Source of the DNA: Eremomyces bilateralis CBS 781.70
Taxonomy: Eukaryota
NCBI GenBank assembly: GCA_010015585.1
Contig: ML975163.1
Reading direction: 5' to 3' (one strand)
DNA: 42,743 nucleotides
Position numbers and translations under genes: made by a program. Below the pieces are notes generated by a model, which ran no database searches, was not told the DNA's origin, and saw nothing but the letters and a program-made list of their open reading frames with translations. This document shows positions 23,335 to 35,080 of this stretch, in pieces; positions within the stretch are counted from its first letter, which is position 1; every line of letters begins with the position of its first letter.

Positions 23335-23864
23335 ATGGCGTCCATCCTTCCTCCGATCCCACGAGCGATCTTTACGATCTTCGAGCCAATATCTCTGTAA
23401 TCCGTCCGCCCAACCCCTCACCTCTCCCAAATGACTAACGCTTCCTAAGCGTTGCGGGATGGATCGCGCCGTTCATCAACATGTCCTACTTCGTGAACTC
23501 CCAGCTCCCATTCCTCAACCCCCACACCCCTCTTCCCACTGAGGAATTGCTCGCGCTGCAGCTATGTAACCTGTACGGGCTCCTGGCGCTGGTGGGATTG
23601 GCGGTCTTGCACACGACGACAGAGGCGAGGGTCGTTCATGGGTATCTGGTGGCGCTGTGGATTGCCGATATCGGACACATCGCCATTTGCGCGTGGGGAT
23701 TTGGCTTGGAGAGGACGCTGGATGTGGGGGAGTGGGATGCTCTAGCTTGGGGGAATATCGGTGTGACTACGTCCCTTTGCGTGGCTAGGACGTTGTATCT
23801 CCTCGGGGCTTTTGGCCCGGATCGGGACTCTAGGAAGAATTTGAAGCGAGGCAAGACGAATTAA
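23335..23864 (+). CDS. Small conserved fungal multi-pass membrane protein of unknown function
   Basis: MASILPPIPRAIFTIFEPISL|VAGW... via intron 23397-23449; QLCNLYGLLALVG, LWIADIGHI, WGNIGVT...RTLYLLG; about four hydrophobic helices. Confidence 0.85.
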
Positions 23865-24361
23865 CCGGCGTTGGGATGTCCCGCTCTGCCTCCAGAAACC
23901 CGGGTCGGCATTCTCTGGCCAAGATAAGTACGGGTAGGGAGGTGCTTATTGAAAGAATGGCTTTGTCATTTCGTGCCATACATCGCCCTAACAGGGCTCC
24001 TTTTCAGCCGAATCGTCCAATCGATACGATCGGCGAACCTTCCGAACGCCAGGAATGATATTCGCTCTCTCGTATTGGACTAGAAAATGAATACCACAGC
24101 TCCATCGTGAGTTCGTGATGTGACTTAAGACTTTTGTTCATCTTTCAGCTTGACCTGAAATGGTTTAGCGTATTGATCTGACTCAGATCGTCATTTGGAC
24201 CAAGACTTTGCAGATTTCGGTTGGGAATAAAATCACACCCGTCCCCCGCTTTGGCTGAACAAATTCAACCAATTTTTATCTCACGCGTCAATCGCGTATC
24301 CTTTCAAGCGTGTTTGATCTGTGTAATATCTGAAAGACATCCTGAAGGAGCGTTGATCAAG

Positions 24362-26653
24362 ATGGGCATGCCATCGTTTGCGGCGTCGAACGCCATCATT
24401 TACCTCACATATGGACTTTTCCTGTAGGCCCTTGGGATAACTGCCAATCATGGATTTGGGGCTAACGGGAGTGCAGAGTTGGTGGAGTCGCGATCGCATG
24501 GCGAGTCCGCACTCACAATACGAAGGAGTATCTCTCCAGCAATGGGACACAGAAGGGTCAGATCTACTACAACCTCGCGACTTTTCTTTGGGGTTTCATC
24601 TGCTGAGGAAGGGTAAGCAAAGGATCTGCCATACTAACCGTGTCTAGGCATACCGCTTGCCCTGAACTTTATAGCTTCGGGTGAGTTGAGCGACCAGCGG
24701 CAGCGACGAAACCACCGGCACGGCCTGGCCTTACTACAGGCCACTTGAGGCGTTCGGGACAATATGGAAGCAAGCATCTACAGTGAAATCCAGGTTCGTA
24801 TCTCATTAGATCTCTCGCGAGGTGTCGGAAGCCGTTGCAATGCAGACAGTCGCTGTTTGCATCGCATCAGGCTTCCGGCCCTCGCGCGGCTTCGCGACGG
24901 GCGCCGAATCCTTTGCAACAGTCCGCGATCCAACCATGATTTTAAGTATCATGGAGATCGTGGATGATTGTAATAGGACGAAGCTGAGAAGTACCGTAAA
25001 TACTCGATCAAGATAATGCTTGCGTGGGGAACGTGCTGCCGCAATCCTCCCCTTTCCCCCTTTCCTTTTGACTGTCATCACTAACGTAGGGCCATATTTG
25101 TCGTCGGATATAGCTCTTGGATCTGGTATCTTGTTTACGTACCCAGAGATTGCAACGCTCTGTGGCGTCCAAGGACTTATCGTCTATGCTCTGTCGAGTT
25201 CCCTGCCGCTCTTGATATTTGGGTACCTTGGTCCCATTATCAGAAAGCGATGCCCGGAGGGTTTCGTCCTGACCGAATGGACGAGACAGAGATACGGAAT
25301 CGTAACGGCGCTGTTCTTGAGCTTCTTCACGTAAGCTGGGTACTTGATTGCCAATGAGTCAAGAAATTAACTTGATGCAGACTGGTGACGTTATTCCTGT
25401 ACATGGTTGCCGAACTATCAGCAATCCAGCAGATTGTCACTGCATTGACCGGCCTGAACGGACTGCCGGCAGTGATTGTGCAATGCGTCGTTACCACAAT
25501 TTATACCAGTGAGTCTCCCACGACGCTCGTGGTGAACCGCAGCTAACTCGTCCTAAAGCTATCGGGGGTTTCAAGGTCTCATTCATCACGGACAACATTC
25601 AAGGCGGACTGGTCTTGCTTATTATCGTGGTGTCCGTGATCTCAGTCGGCGTCGAGACCGACATCGATCGGAGCAAGATTGATTCATCGGGGCTGCTAAA
25701 GTCGAGCCTGCTTGGATGGCAGCTCGTATACATCCTTCCAGTCGCCATTCTCACCAATGACTTCTTCATTTCGGTAAGCGAACCCAGCCATTCTATAGGC
25801 ACCCTCGCTGACTCGCGCCATCCAGGGATTCTGGCTCCGTACATTCGCCGCGAAAACAGACAAGGACCTTCGCATCGGCGTTACCATCGCGACGGTCGTT
25901 GTGGCCATGATTTTGACGTTGGTTGGCAGCTCTGGCCTACTTGCCGCTTGGTCCGGAGTTTGGGAGCCAGATAATGACGACGCTCCAGGAAGCATGGCGC
26001 TCTTCCTCCTCCTGGGTCGGCTTCCAGCCTGGGTTGTAGGTATTGTCCTCGTCATGGTCATCACCCTCTCCACCGCGGCGTTCGACTCTTTCCAATCCGG
26101 AATGGTGGCGAACGGCTCGAATGACCTATTCAAAAATAAGCTTCCGCTCTGGACGGTGAGGGTCTGCGTCGTCCTCGTCATCATCCCCGTCGTGGTTCTC
26201 GCGCTGAAATCACCCGATATCCTGACCATCTACCTGATCTCGGATCTCGTGTCGGCATCCCTCGTTCCGCCACTTCTGGTTGGGCTAGTCGACCGGTTTT
26301 ATATGTGGCGAGGCTTCGAGGTCGTGGTTGGCGGGCTTGGTGGGATCTTGTCCGTCTTTATTTTCGGAACCATCTATTATGGGGACGCGAGGAAGGGTGG
26401 CGAGCTCATCATCCTTCAGGGCGGTCTGTACGGGAGCGATTGGGGCGCGTTTGGTGCCTTCGTCGCCGCCCCTGTTGGAGGCATGCTTTTTGCTCTGGCG
26501 GCATTTGCGCTGCGGATCGGGACGCTGTGGCTGTGGAGCAGATTTGGCAACAGGAAGTTCGATGCGTTCGATCGGCCCGTTGTGCGAGCTGTTCCTGATT
26601 TAGATGATGTTGAGGTGGAGAGCCAGTACGTGGCAAATGGGAAGTTCATTTGA
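24362..26653 (+). CDS. Sodium:solute symporter family transporter (DUR31/NCU01977-type, likely thiamine or thiamine-precursor uptake)
   Basis: Seven exons: MGMPSFAASNAIIYLTYGLFL|...LSSNGTQK|GIPLALNFIAS|ALGSGILFTYPEIA...CPEGFVLTEW...|LFLYMVAEL|GGFKVSFITDNIQG|GFWLRTFAAK...; many TM helices; carries an intronic TPP riboswitch. Confidence 0.9.
24886..25042 (+). promoter_or_regulatory. TPP (thiamine pyrophosphate) riboswitch in intron 24681-25113
   Basis: Core GCTGAGAAGTACCGTAAATACTCGATCAAGATAATGCTTGCGTGGGGA at 24983-25030; P2 ACGG/CCGT; P1 GCGGC..CGCG with CGTG..GCCGC; extended P3 hairpin CGATC..CCATGAT/ATCATGG.GATCG. Confidence 0.92.
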
Positions 26654-26825
26654 GACAGGGTGTGCTGTGAGAGGAGGAGAATCTTTGCAAAGACCTCTCA
26701 GGGCTGGTTGATATTATGCCCAAGTAATCATGGCGATAGTAATCGGAGAGATGTTGGAGCAATCTGTCTTTAACGCTGGTAATCTTCACAACGGCATCTT
26801 GGAAATGTTGCTCTGACTAGCTAGC

Positions 26826-27799
26826 TTAACCGGAGCCGACTTGCTCTTTTGAAGACTTTTGCCAGAGAGATTTCCCCTCTTCGCCCACAAGCTCTTGATC
26901 TGCCTTTTCTGCGATGCCAACACTTTCCGTTACATTAGTCGCCTCCCCATTGCCTGGCTTCTGTTGAGGACCTGCCGCCTCGGCCTTCCTCAACCGCTTC
27001 CTCGCTCTACCGATCTCGATCTCTAGTTCGCGCATCTGGGTAGCAATGTTCACGATTGCGGGAATGGGTTCTTCCACGGCCTTGACAAAATCCACTTGTG
27101 CGCTGCGTAATGCTGGTGGAACCAAGATACCGTACCAGTGAAGAGGGTCGATAATCAGCTTCGCGGGATCCGTGTCGTTGGATTTGTCTTGGAGGGATAG
27201 AGAGGAGAGTGATGGAGGTTCGGTCTCGGACTCGTCTTTACTCTGCTCAGGTGGTTCTGCAGGCTTATCCTCGGGCGTATCTCGTGTTTCATGGCCATTC
27301 TTCAGGCCATTCTTAATCTTTTTCTCAGCTACTTTAGCCGCCGAGTGTTCTCCCTCACCACCTCGTACTGCCTGCCCCGTAGTCGAGAACTGGATGCATG
27401 GTCGATTGGCGTGACCAGAAGATTTGGCCTCTTCTATCCGTCTAATAGCCGATTAGATTCACAAATTCAACGGGGAGCATAGAATCCATCAATACATTTT
27501 TCTCAGCGCCTGCATACGCTCATCGTAGTAGTCCCGTCCATGACGGATTTTGCTCGGAGACTTGAAGTTGGCTTCGGCAAGAGAGAAATGACCCTACAAG
27601 GTCAATTTAGGCACCGAAACATTCAACAAGACTCGCTATCGCATACTGAAGAAAATAAACCTGAAAGGGCTTTTCGCTGGACCTGATACTGGTCAAGAAG
27701 GTCCAAATAATCCACTAGGAGTCGATCGAGGATGGTGCTATCCATATCTCCGGTCGCCTTGACCGGCGTTTGGTTGGTAGGACCTATTCCGTTTGCCAT
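26826..27799 (-). CDS. VMA22: V-ATPase assembly factor Vma22/CCDC115-like
   Basis: LDRLLVDYLDLLDQYQ...SS|GHFSLAEANF...GRDYYDERMQA and DPLHWYGILVPPALRSAQVDF motifs; spliced, with internal boundaries approximate. Confidence 0.85.
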
Positions 27800-28682
27800 G
27801 ATCAACAAGCCACTTCATCACAAGATATGTTCAAATACGAGTTCGAAAGAAAAACGCGATAAACATCTGGATGGATGGAATCGTTGGAGCTCTCTGCTGC
27901 GGGCTGCCTGCTCTGCTACTGGAGCAGGGGCCCTGATGCCGTGATTGGCCAGATACTCACCCCGGACGACCTCGTGATTACTTCGGCAATATTTCAGTAG
28001 TCCCTTCCCTTATCCTATCTCCCGGTCCTCTGCTTCCAGAACTCTTCCTATCGACTTTCGCGAGACACAAACTCTCATTCTCCATGCATGTTACGGATAG
28101 AGCTTGTGTAACCCGTTTACGGAATTCCCAAACAATCATCTGTGATGTAGGTGATGGGGATATAGTGTTGAAGCTAGTTCAATAGACAAGACTATCGGTA
28201 CAGTTGAGACCGGAGATCACGATACGAGTGGCATCCGCCACGAGAGTCGCGATGTCCTTAAGAAGTCCAGACAGTAGAACGGCAAGGTAACCGGACCGTA
28301 TGGCAGGTTGATAGCGATCTTTTCCTCTTTTCCGAACATTGAGCATTGTCCATTTCATCACCAACTATTTCTAGATTATTCTTTGGTCCCCTTTCCTCTT
28401 AGTGGTTGTATGACCCCTTGCATTCTGAGCTTTTCTGCGCCATAAACTCCATTCCAGATCTCACCAAACAAGGTGCGCGTTCAACCCCTTCATTGTCGCG
28501 TCAGAATGCTCGGTGGCTTCTGATGACCGGAGATTGACCGGCTTGTGCTATATTCGACTTCGTCGGTATGCATCCTGCTCTTCTGGTTTGACCCCATCCT
28601 TCATGCTTTTTGATACCTTATGTGTTGATGTTTCTGGCACATAGAGCCAAAGCTGGATAGAAGCGGCCGTCCAATCCTTCCA

Positions 28683-31600
28683 ATGTGGTCCCTAATCGTC
28701 GTCGCCTGTTCCATCCTCGGACCGTCCCTAGCTCTTCCTGAAGTGTCGTATCCCTTCAATTCGCAATTCCCAACGGTTGCTCGAGTGGATAATCCATATG
28801 ACTTCCAGCTTGCGCCATCATCTTTCGCTCCGGTCGGTGATGGTGTGAAGTATGCGCTCTCTGGCGCGCCGGTATGGCTGTCGATCGACTCGACGACTCG
28901 ACGACTCCAGGGGACGCCAAAGGTCAACGATGTTGGTGTATCTATGTTCCGAATCTCAGCGACCGATTCGAGCGGAACCGCGTCTATGGATGCCATGTTG
29001 TTCACGGTGATGGATCCGCCTCCTGGACTAGGAGAAGATGTCAGTTCTCAGTTAGCGAAGACGGAGAAGTTGTCGGGGCCAAGGACGGTTCCAATCCGCT
29101 CGGGGGCGCAGTTTGACATAAAGTTTTCAAGAAACACATTCGCAGATGATGGCTCACGTAAAAGATACTACGCCACTTCAAAAGACAGGACACCATTGCC
29201 AACGTGGTTGAAGTTTACGCCAGAGACGCTGGGGTTCACTGGAAGAACACCAGACACCACGGGGCCTCCTCAGGAGTTCATGATCATTCTGATTGCGTCC
29301 GAAATAGATGGGTTCGAGGCTGCGTCTGTGAATTTCACCATCGCAGTGAGCCCACATGAGCTCGTCTTCGATCCGTGGGAGAACAATTTGAGACTAAGAG
29401 GAGAGTCGGGGAGCACGAGAAATATCAAGAATACGCTGTTTCTGGACGGCAAGGTTGCAGTAAATTCGGATATCTCCAGGCTCTCAGTCGAGACACCAGA
29501 CTGGATCAAATTCGACGACGGAGTATTCAGAGCGGCTGGTGGCATCCCTTCGAGCATCCAGGAGACGACAATCAATGTGCTTGCGGAGGATCGCTTTGGC
29601 AATCGAGCGTCATGTGTTGTGCGTGTTAAGGTGGACAAGGACAAATTAGGTCTTTTCCGCAACGACATCGGGCCGATCGACGCGACGATCGGTGAAGAAT
29701 TCCGTTACACGTTCGCACAATCTCTGTTTACACGTCCAGATGTGTCGGTGGAAATCGTTTTAGGGTCTGCGTCTTCCTGGCTTCAATTCGATCCACGCAC
29801 GCTCACCCTTCACGGCAAAGTTCCAACTGGCCTTGAACCATCAAAAATCCCTGTTAAACTCATCGCTAGTTCAAGTTCTAACTTTGAAGATGAAGAAAAG
29901 TTTCATATATCACTAAAACCAGTCACTTCGAAGGTATTACCAACACCATCATCGACCTCAAAAACAGATATGGCTCCCTTATCGGCCATCCCTTCCTCGA
30001 CCTCGACTGCTGGTTCAGGACCCGTGCTCGCTTCTGCTTCCAAAGAGAAAGCTACTCGGAAAATCACGGTCATCGTTGTTGTCGTCTGTGTTTTGTTGTT
30101 CCTCATTCTGGTCACCGGTGCTTGCTTCCTCTACCGCTACAAACGATTCAGATTCTGGCGCAAATCCGGTCGAAGCGTTTTGAAGGCAGATATCTCGAAG
30201 CCGAGCCTCGTCCAAGAGGAATGGGAGCAAGATGGTCCCGCAGAATTCCAGGATGCTGAGAAAGGCACGACCGGCAGGACTCCTAAACTCGAGCGCCCAC
30301 CGCGTGTCCAGCTGAACCTCTCACCTGTGCGCTCGACTAATCGCTTCTCCCGGTCCAGCCTGAGAGCAATGATAGCCGGCGACTCACCCACGAAAAATAC
30401 CGTAGCGGGACAGAAGGCGATCCGTCGGTTGTCAACTGACCATTGCTCCCTCACCGAAGCCGAAGCGGACATGATGGCCTGCCAGGCTTGGGATCCTGCT
30501 TCCAGGTCCGCTGGAGACGACCTTGACGACAGCATGAGCATCCCCACGGCAATGGCACGTCGTTCGCAACGGATATCTGGTGTTCACTCGAACCGCACGT
30601 CCAAACACTTCTCCAAACCTGTCCCGGTCAACCGATGCGTCGTTGGGTTGGGACACGGCCGTGGGGCCAATATTTACGGTCCGTCGTCTGGTGTCAGCAA
30701 TCTGAACGTCAACGAAATCGATCCAAACCGACCCACGCCACGCAGGGGTAGCAGAGGAAGAGATTGCAGCACCGGTTCATACAGCACGCATTCCACTGGC
30801 CTGGTGCCATCCGTCTCGCCTTCGCAATTCCCATCTCCCCCGACATTCCAGCGGCCTCCAGTGAACCCCTTCATTTCCCCCTGCTACGAAATTCCCGCGC
30901 CAAACATTATCACCGACGTGTGCACCACTTCCGAGCCGCACCAGCAACCATCAACAGCGCGAACAGGCTCTCTAAAAAAGGGCCCCGGCCTAACCCGGCA
31001 ATCGACCAGCACCACCTTCTTCACCAAACACCGCTCCTACATCCCAACCCGGCGCTCTGTCCATGGCTCCACCTTCTTCCACACCCGCTCCTGCACGCCC
31101 TCCGAGACACGCGTGGGCAGCGGGCGAGGCTCCCTATCCCGACGCTGGACGGCATACGTTGGGAAAACCGAGGACGGCGATCTAGAGAGTTTGAGCCTTG
31201 AGCCGCTGCCACGATGCTATCTCCCACGCGAGCGCAGTAGCTTGCGGAGTAGTGTGCTTTTCGGGGATGCGCGTGAGGGAAGCGAGAGCGAGTGGTCGGA
31301 TGACTCCTCGATATCGCTCTTATCCGACACCTCGCATTCCGACACCACCGGCGAAGACAATGCCGATACCGTGATAGACGCGGACGCGGACGCAGACATC
31401 ATCGCAGAAGAAGAGCGGAGCACCACACCCGCCGACCTCACCGTCCCGCCCCTCACCATCCGCTCCCCAGCACGGAATTGCAACGACCAAAACCCCAACG
31501 CTTGCGACGCCTCCCCTTCCCCCCCCATTCCCATCGACCCCCGCGTCGCCCCCGGCCAAGAAAACCCCATCTCCATCAACGACATCGACCTCCCTTCCCC

Positions 31601-32195
31601 CCTCCGCTCCCACCTCCACATGAAGCACGCCGCCAGCGATCTTCACTCTCACCGACGCCACTCCCGCGCGCTCGCAGAACGCAGCACAAACACGTGCGTG
31701 CGCGCGGGCGGGCCTTCTTCTCGGCGACCGAGCAGCATCGCACGGATGGCAGAGCTGGGCGAGGATCAGGGGGAGCCGTCCAGTGCGGTGCAAGATCGGA
31801 GTTTCCTGGCGGTGCCGCGGAGGCGAATGGCCGGGCGGGTACGGGTATTGGACGAGGAAGACGAAGAAGGGGCCACGGCGCAGGTGGGCTCGAGCGGGGT
31901 GAGCGAGAGGTGGATGCGGGCGATGGGGTTGGGGGAGGGGGCGATCATGAGTCGGGGGCGGGAGAGCTATCGGTTGTGGAAGGAGGAGGGAATGGTGCGG
32001 GAGCGGGTGGAGCGGTTGGAGAGCGGGGAGAAGTGGGCACCGTTGGATGCAGGCGGGGAGGGTTGCGGGTGGGAAATGGATGAAGGGTTGGGGGTAATGA
32101 TGATGGAGGATCGGGAAAGGGGCAGGCGAGAGAAGACGATGAGTGGAGATTGGGAGACGGTGAGGGAGGCGAGTGAGGGGATGGTGTTTTTCTGA
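28683..32195 (+). CDS. AXL2: Axial budding/polarity landmark Axl2 (cadherin-like ectodomain, single TM, long disordered tail)
   Basis: 1170-aa ORF; signal peptide; YPFNSQFPTVARV; repeated P.WL.FD..T..L.G.P CADG units; YYATSKDRTPLPTWLKF; TM ITVIVVVVCVLLFLILVTGACFLY. Confidence 0.9.
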   Translation: MWSLIVVACSILGPSLALPEVSYPFNSQFPTVARVDNPYDFQLAPSSFAPVGDGVKYALSGAPVWLSIDSTTRRLQGTPKVNDVGVSMFRISATDSSGTASMDAMLFTVMDPPPGLGEDVSSQLAKTEKLSGPRTVPIRSGAQFDIKFSRNTFADDGSRKRYYATSKDRTPLPTWLKFTPETLGFTGRTPDTTGPPQEFMIILIASEIDGFEAASVNFTIAVSPHELVFDPWENNLRLRGESGSTRNIKNTLFLDGKVAVNSDISRLSVETPDWIKFDDGVFRAAGGIPSSIQETTINVLAEDRFGNRASCVVRVKVDKDKLGLFRNDIGPIDATIGEEFRYTFAQSLFTRPDVSVEIVLGSASSWLQFDPRTLTLHGKVPTGLEPSKIPVKLIASSSSNFEDEEKFHISLKPVTSKVLPTPSSTSKTDMAPLSAIPSSTSTAGSGPVLASASKEKATRKITVIVVVVCVLLFLILVTGACFLYRYKRFRFWRKSGRSVLKADISKPSLVQEEWEQDGPAEFQDAEKGTTGRTPKLERPPRVQLNLSPVRSTNRFSRSSLRAMIAGDSPTKNTVAGQKAIRRLSTDHCSLTEAEADMMACQAWDPASRSAGDDLDDSMSIPTAMARRSQRISGVHSNRTSKHFSKPVPVNRCVVGLGHGRGANIYGPSSGVSNLNVNEIDPNRPTPRRGSRGRDCSTGSYSTHSTGLVPSVSPSQFPSPPTFQRPPVNPFISPCYEIPAPNIITDVCTTSEPHQQPSTARTGSLKKGPGLTRQSTSTTFFTKHRSYIPTRRSVHGSTFFHTRSCTPSETRVGSGRGSLSRRWTAYVGKTEDGDLESLSLEPLPRCYLPRERSSLRSSVLFGDAREGSESEWSDDSSISLLSDTSHSDTTGEDNADTVIDADADADIIAEEERSTTPADLTVPPLTIRSPARNCNDQNPNACDASPSPPIPIDPRVAPGQENPISINDIDLPSPLRSHLHMKHAASDLHSHRRHSRALAERSTNTCVRAGGPSSRRPSSIARMAELGEDQGEPSSAVQDRSFLAVPRRRMAGRVRVLDEEDEEGATAQVGSSGVSERWMRAMGLGEGAIMSRGRESYRLWKEEGMVRERVERLESGEKWAPLDAGGEGCGWEMDEGLGVMMMEDRERGRREKTMSGDWETVREASEGMVFF

Positions 32196-32871
32196 GCGTG
32201 GCTGGGGGCTGGGAGGGACTGTACTCTGGACGACGGACTGGATTCAGCGGTCGGGACTGAATGGACTGGTTGTCCGGGATTGAGCCGGACAATCGCGGGA
32301 TGACAACGCTGTGCTGAAGGCATGGAGAAGTTGTTCTGTTGATGTGAAAAAGTCGTTTGTATGGAGTTCATCGTTCACCTGTGCCTTAGGTTAGGTATCG
32401 TAGGTAGCCGGAAAATAGGATTCATCATGGTTATTCTCGGATTCTGCAGAGTGCAATTCTAGGCCCTGTAGGCCCAGGCCTTCGCGCAGCAACGAAGAAC
32501 ACAGTCGTCCAACTTGCAGTTCACCACATAGCAAAGGGATGGGCAGTTTTTTTCTTAATTCTTATTCATTGATCCCAGGGGATTAGTAGAGTACAGAGTT
32601 GGTCAATGGCCTCTGTCCCAGCCGAGCATTGAAAAATCTCGCCAGAACCAGAGCTAGTGATAGACGTAGAATAATTCATACCGTGTCATGAAAAAGCGCC
32701 ATTCCGCGCTCAATTCCGAGTTGAACATAAAGTTCGATGGACTTCGCCCAACACCGAAAAATCAGTGATGAGCAGTCATGTCAATCAGATCCAGTCACTT
32801 CCTGCCGTTCGCACAGGCCTCCTTAGCACCGCCGTCTCCTTAGCAATGCCGTCACTTCTCCCTCCCCCACA

Positions 32872-33675
32872 TCACATCTTCTTGTCCGCGCTCACCGCGT
32901 CCTCTTCCTCCACGCTCCCATTCAAGGTGGCGCTGTCCCCCGAGCTCTCGGTGTCCGCCTTCTGCAAGTCGGCACCGTCCTCAGCAAGGGGACCGTGGAT
33001 CTCCTCTTCGAAAACGGGCTCGGGTTCGACCGTCTCGAACTTGGTCTTGAAGTGGTCGAGGTGGTGGGAGTGGGTGGAGGAGTTGGAGCGGCGGCGGGGG
33101 TTGGTCATGTTGTAGTTGGAGTCGGAGGCTTCGTCGCCGGGGTGGCCCCTAAAGTGAGTGTTAGTGGAGTTGTGGGAGAGTATGAGGGTGATAAGATGAG
33201 TATGATCTGGAGGTGAGGATGTGCAGCTTTGATTGCTGGACGGATGCATGGAAAGCCATGTTGGTGGAGTGAGATATGTGACGAGGTAGGGAACGAGTCA
33301 TGGATAAAGCGGGATACTTACCAATTGCCCTTCCCTCCACCGTTCTTCTTGGTCTTGTTGGGATCTTCACCCGCATGGCCAGCCTTGGCGAAGAAGCGAG
33401 GGACGCCCTCGTGGTGTTCGGCATGCTGCACGCCGGTATGGTCACGTTCTCCGAACTTGTGGGAGCGAGTCACTGTTCGATGGCATGTTAGCTCGATGAA
33501 ACTCGTTCGTTTCGATGAAGAAAACACTTCGAGCTATCTTCATCGATGAAACCAATGAATGAGGTGATGGTAATGCTCCACCCTCCTCCACTCCGAAGAG
33601 GTGAGACGGGGAAGCTCGAAGGAGGGGTTGACGGTTGGTGGAACATGCAACGGACAAAGAGAATCGGGACTTACT
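32872..33675 (-). CDS. Small Stf2/Tma10-like hydrophilic protein
   Basis: A|TG start split by intron 33674-33473; exon 33472-33322 MTRSHK...PRFFAKAG..DPNKTKKNGGGKGNW; exon 33148-32872 GHPGDE...PRRRSNSS...FKTKFE. Confidence 0.8.
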
Positions 33676-35080
33676 TTTGGCTGGATGACGATGATATCAG
33701 AAGCTGCTGTGAGTAGAAGTAGTCGAAGGAATTGATCGAGCCGAGAGAGACTTGGAGATCAAGACGGGTTGGATGATGGATGGATGGAAAGATAGGATGC
33801 TTCGTGAGAGAGAGTTAAAGGATCAAGATGATGATGATCGTTGTAAGAAGAGGAGTCGTAGTACATACAAGGAGCTTCAATTGGAAATGGCAGGAGCAAG
33901 CAGCCACCAAGAGCTTAAGTCTTTCCCTTCTTAATGATGTGTTCCCAATTGCCCCTTCCGTTTCCATGAGCATCCATCCAACACTCCTGCCTTCCTCTCC
34001 GCCTCCGACCCCCCCAGTCAGGCAGTCAAACGTCGCGTGACCGCTGCCCAATGAGGAGCTGGGAAAGGACCCAATGAAAGGAACGGTCGCCCCAAACATC
34101 GCCCGTTCCAGCGCCACACTTCGATTCCCCCGCACCACGCTACTGTAACCTGACCCAGAACCTGACCGTTCCACCTTTTGCTTGGAGCTCACTTGAGAAC
34201 ACTTGAGCGGGTTTCGTGATGGATGGGAGCTTTCGAGACGGCCCTTCCCTGGTACCTTGCAGCCCTGCCATCCCCATCATCAATTATTGCCATTCACAGA
34301 GTAGGCAAGCAATTGAGTTGGCAATGGGGTTTCGTATCGGTACCTGAAATGGCGTCGGTCTAAGCGTTCCATCCGAGTTCCCGACCAACCATCGCGCGTC
34401 TTGTCCATGTAACAAAGTGAGGACCCGCCATGACGCAACCTTGTCCCAACGCCCAATTCGGTCACTGGCGATGTACCCACATAGCGTGATCGACAACCAG
34501 GACCCATCGTCAACCGGCCAGATCATCTCCTCCATCAAAGGGAATTCTTGAGCAAATGGCCTCAAATGGTAGGTAAATTACGACATTTGGATTGGCGATT
34601 GTTTTTGCATCGGGAGTTCGGAATGCGGGAATTGATTCGGAACAGGAATGCAATGCTAGCGAGAACCGAAACGATGCCGCTGCGGCTCCTGAAAGGAGAA
34701 AACTGCGGTACTTGCGTGGCTTGAAGGAAACCACGCGGGCATGGCTCACGAGACTCGTGGGTCTTCAGCGGTGTATCTCCACGGCATCACGCGGCGAGGC
34801 CGTGACCTGACATCTGGCCAAATTGGTGGCATTGCGGCTTAAACCTGCCGGACCGGAGTTCTGCAATTGCTTTTGCTTTTCCGGTGACTCTGCATCTCAA
34901 GGTTGGTTTGCGAACAGTCACAATGGAACGAAAGCGTCTCGGCAGAGCTGGACCGAGAAGTCACCACATTTACCTTGTGCAAAGGACCGTTTTGTTCCAT
35001 CTAGCCCTCATCGAACTCGGTACGTGTAACCCGTTGCTCACAATAATCGGATTCGTTCGTAAATCTCAAGCATTCCAAAT

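Noticed and set aside
33149..33321. Intronic snoRNA in the longer STF2-like introns
   Set aside because: No convincing C/D (RTGATGA...CTGA) or H/ACA arrangement seen.
33750..35050. Short ORFs upstream of the STF2-like gene
   Set aside because: No motifs or consistent splice structure; most likely promoter or intergenic DNA.
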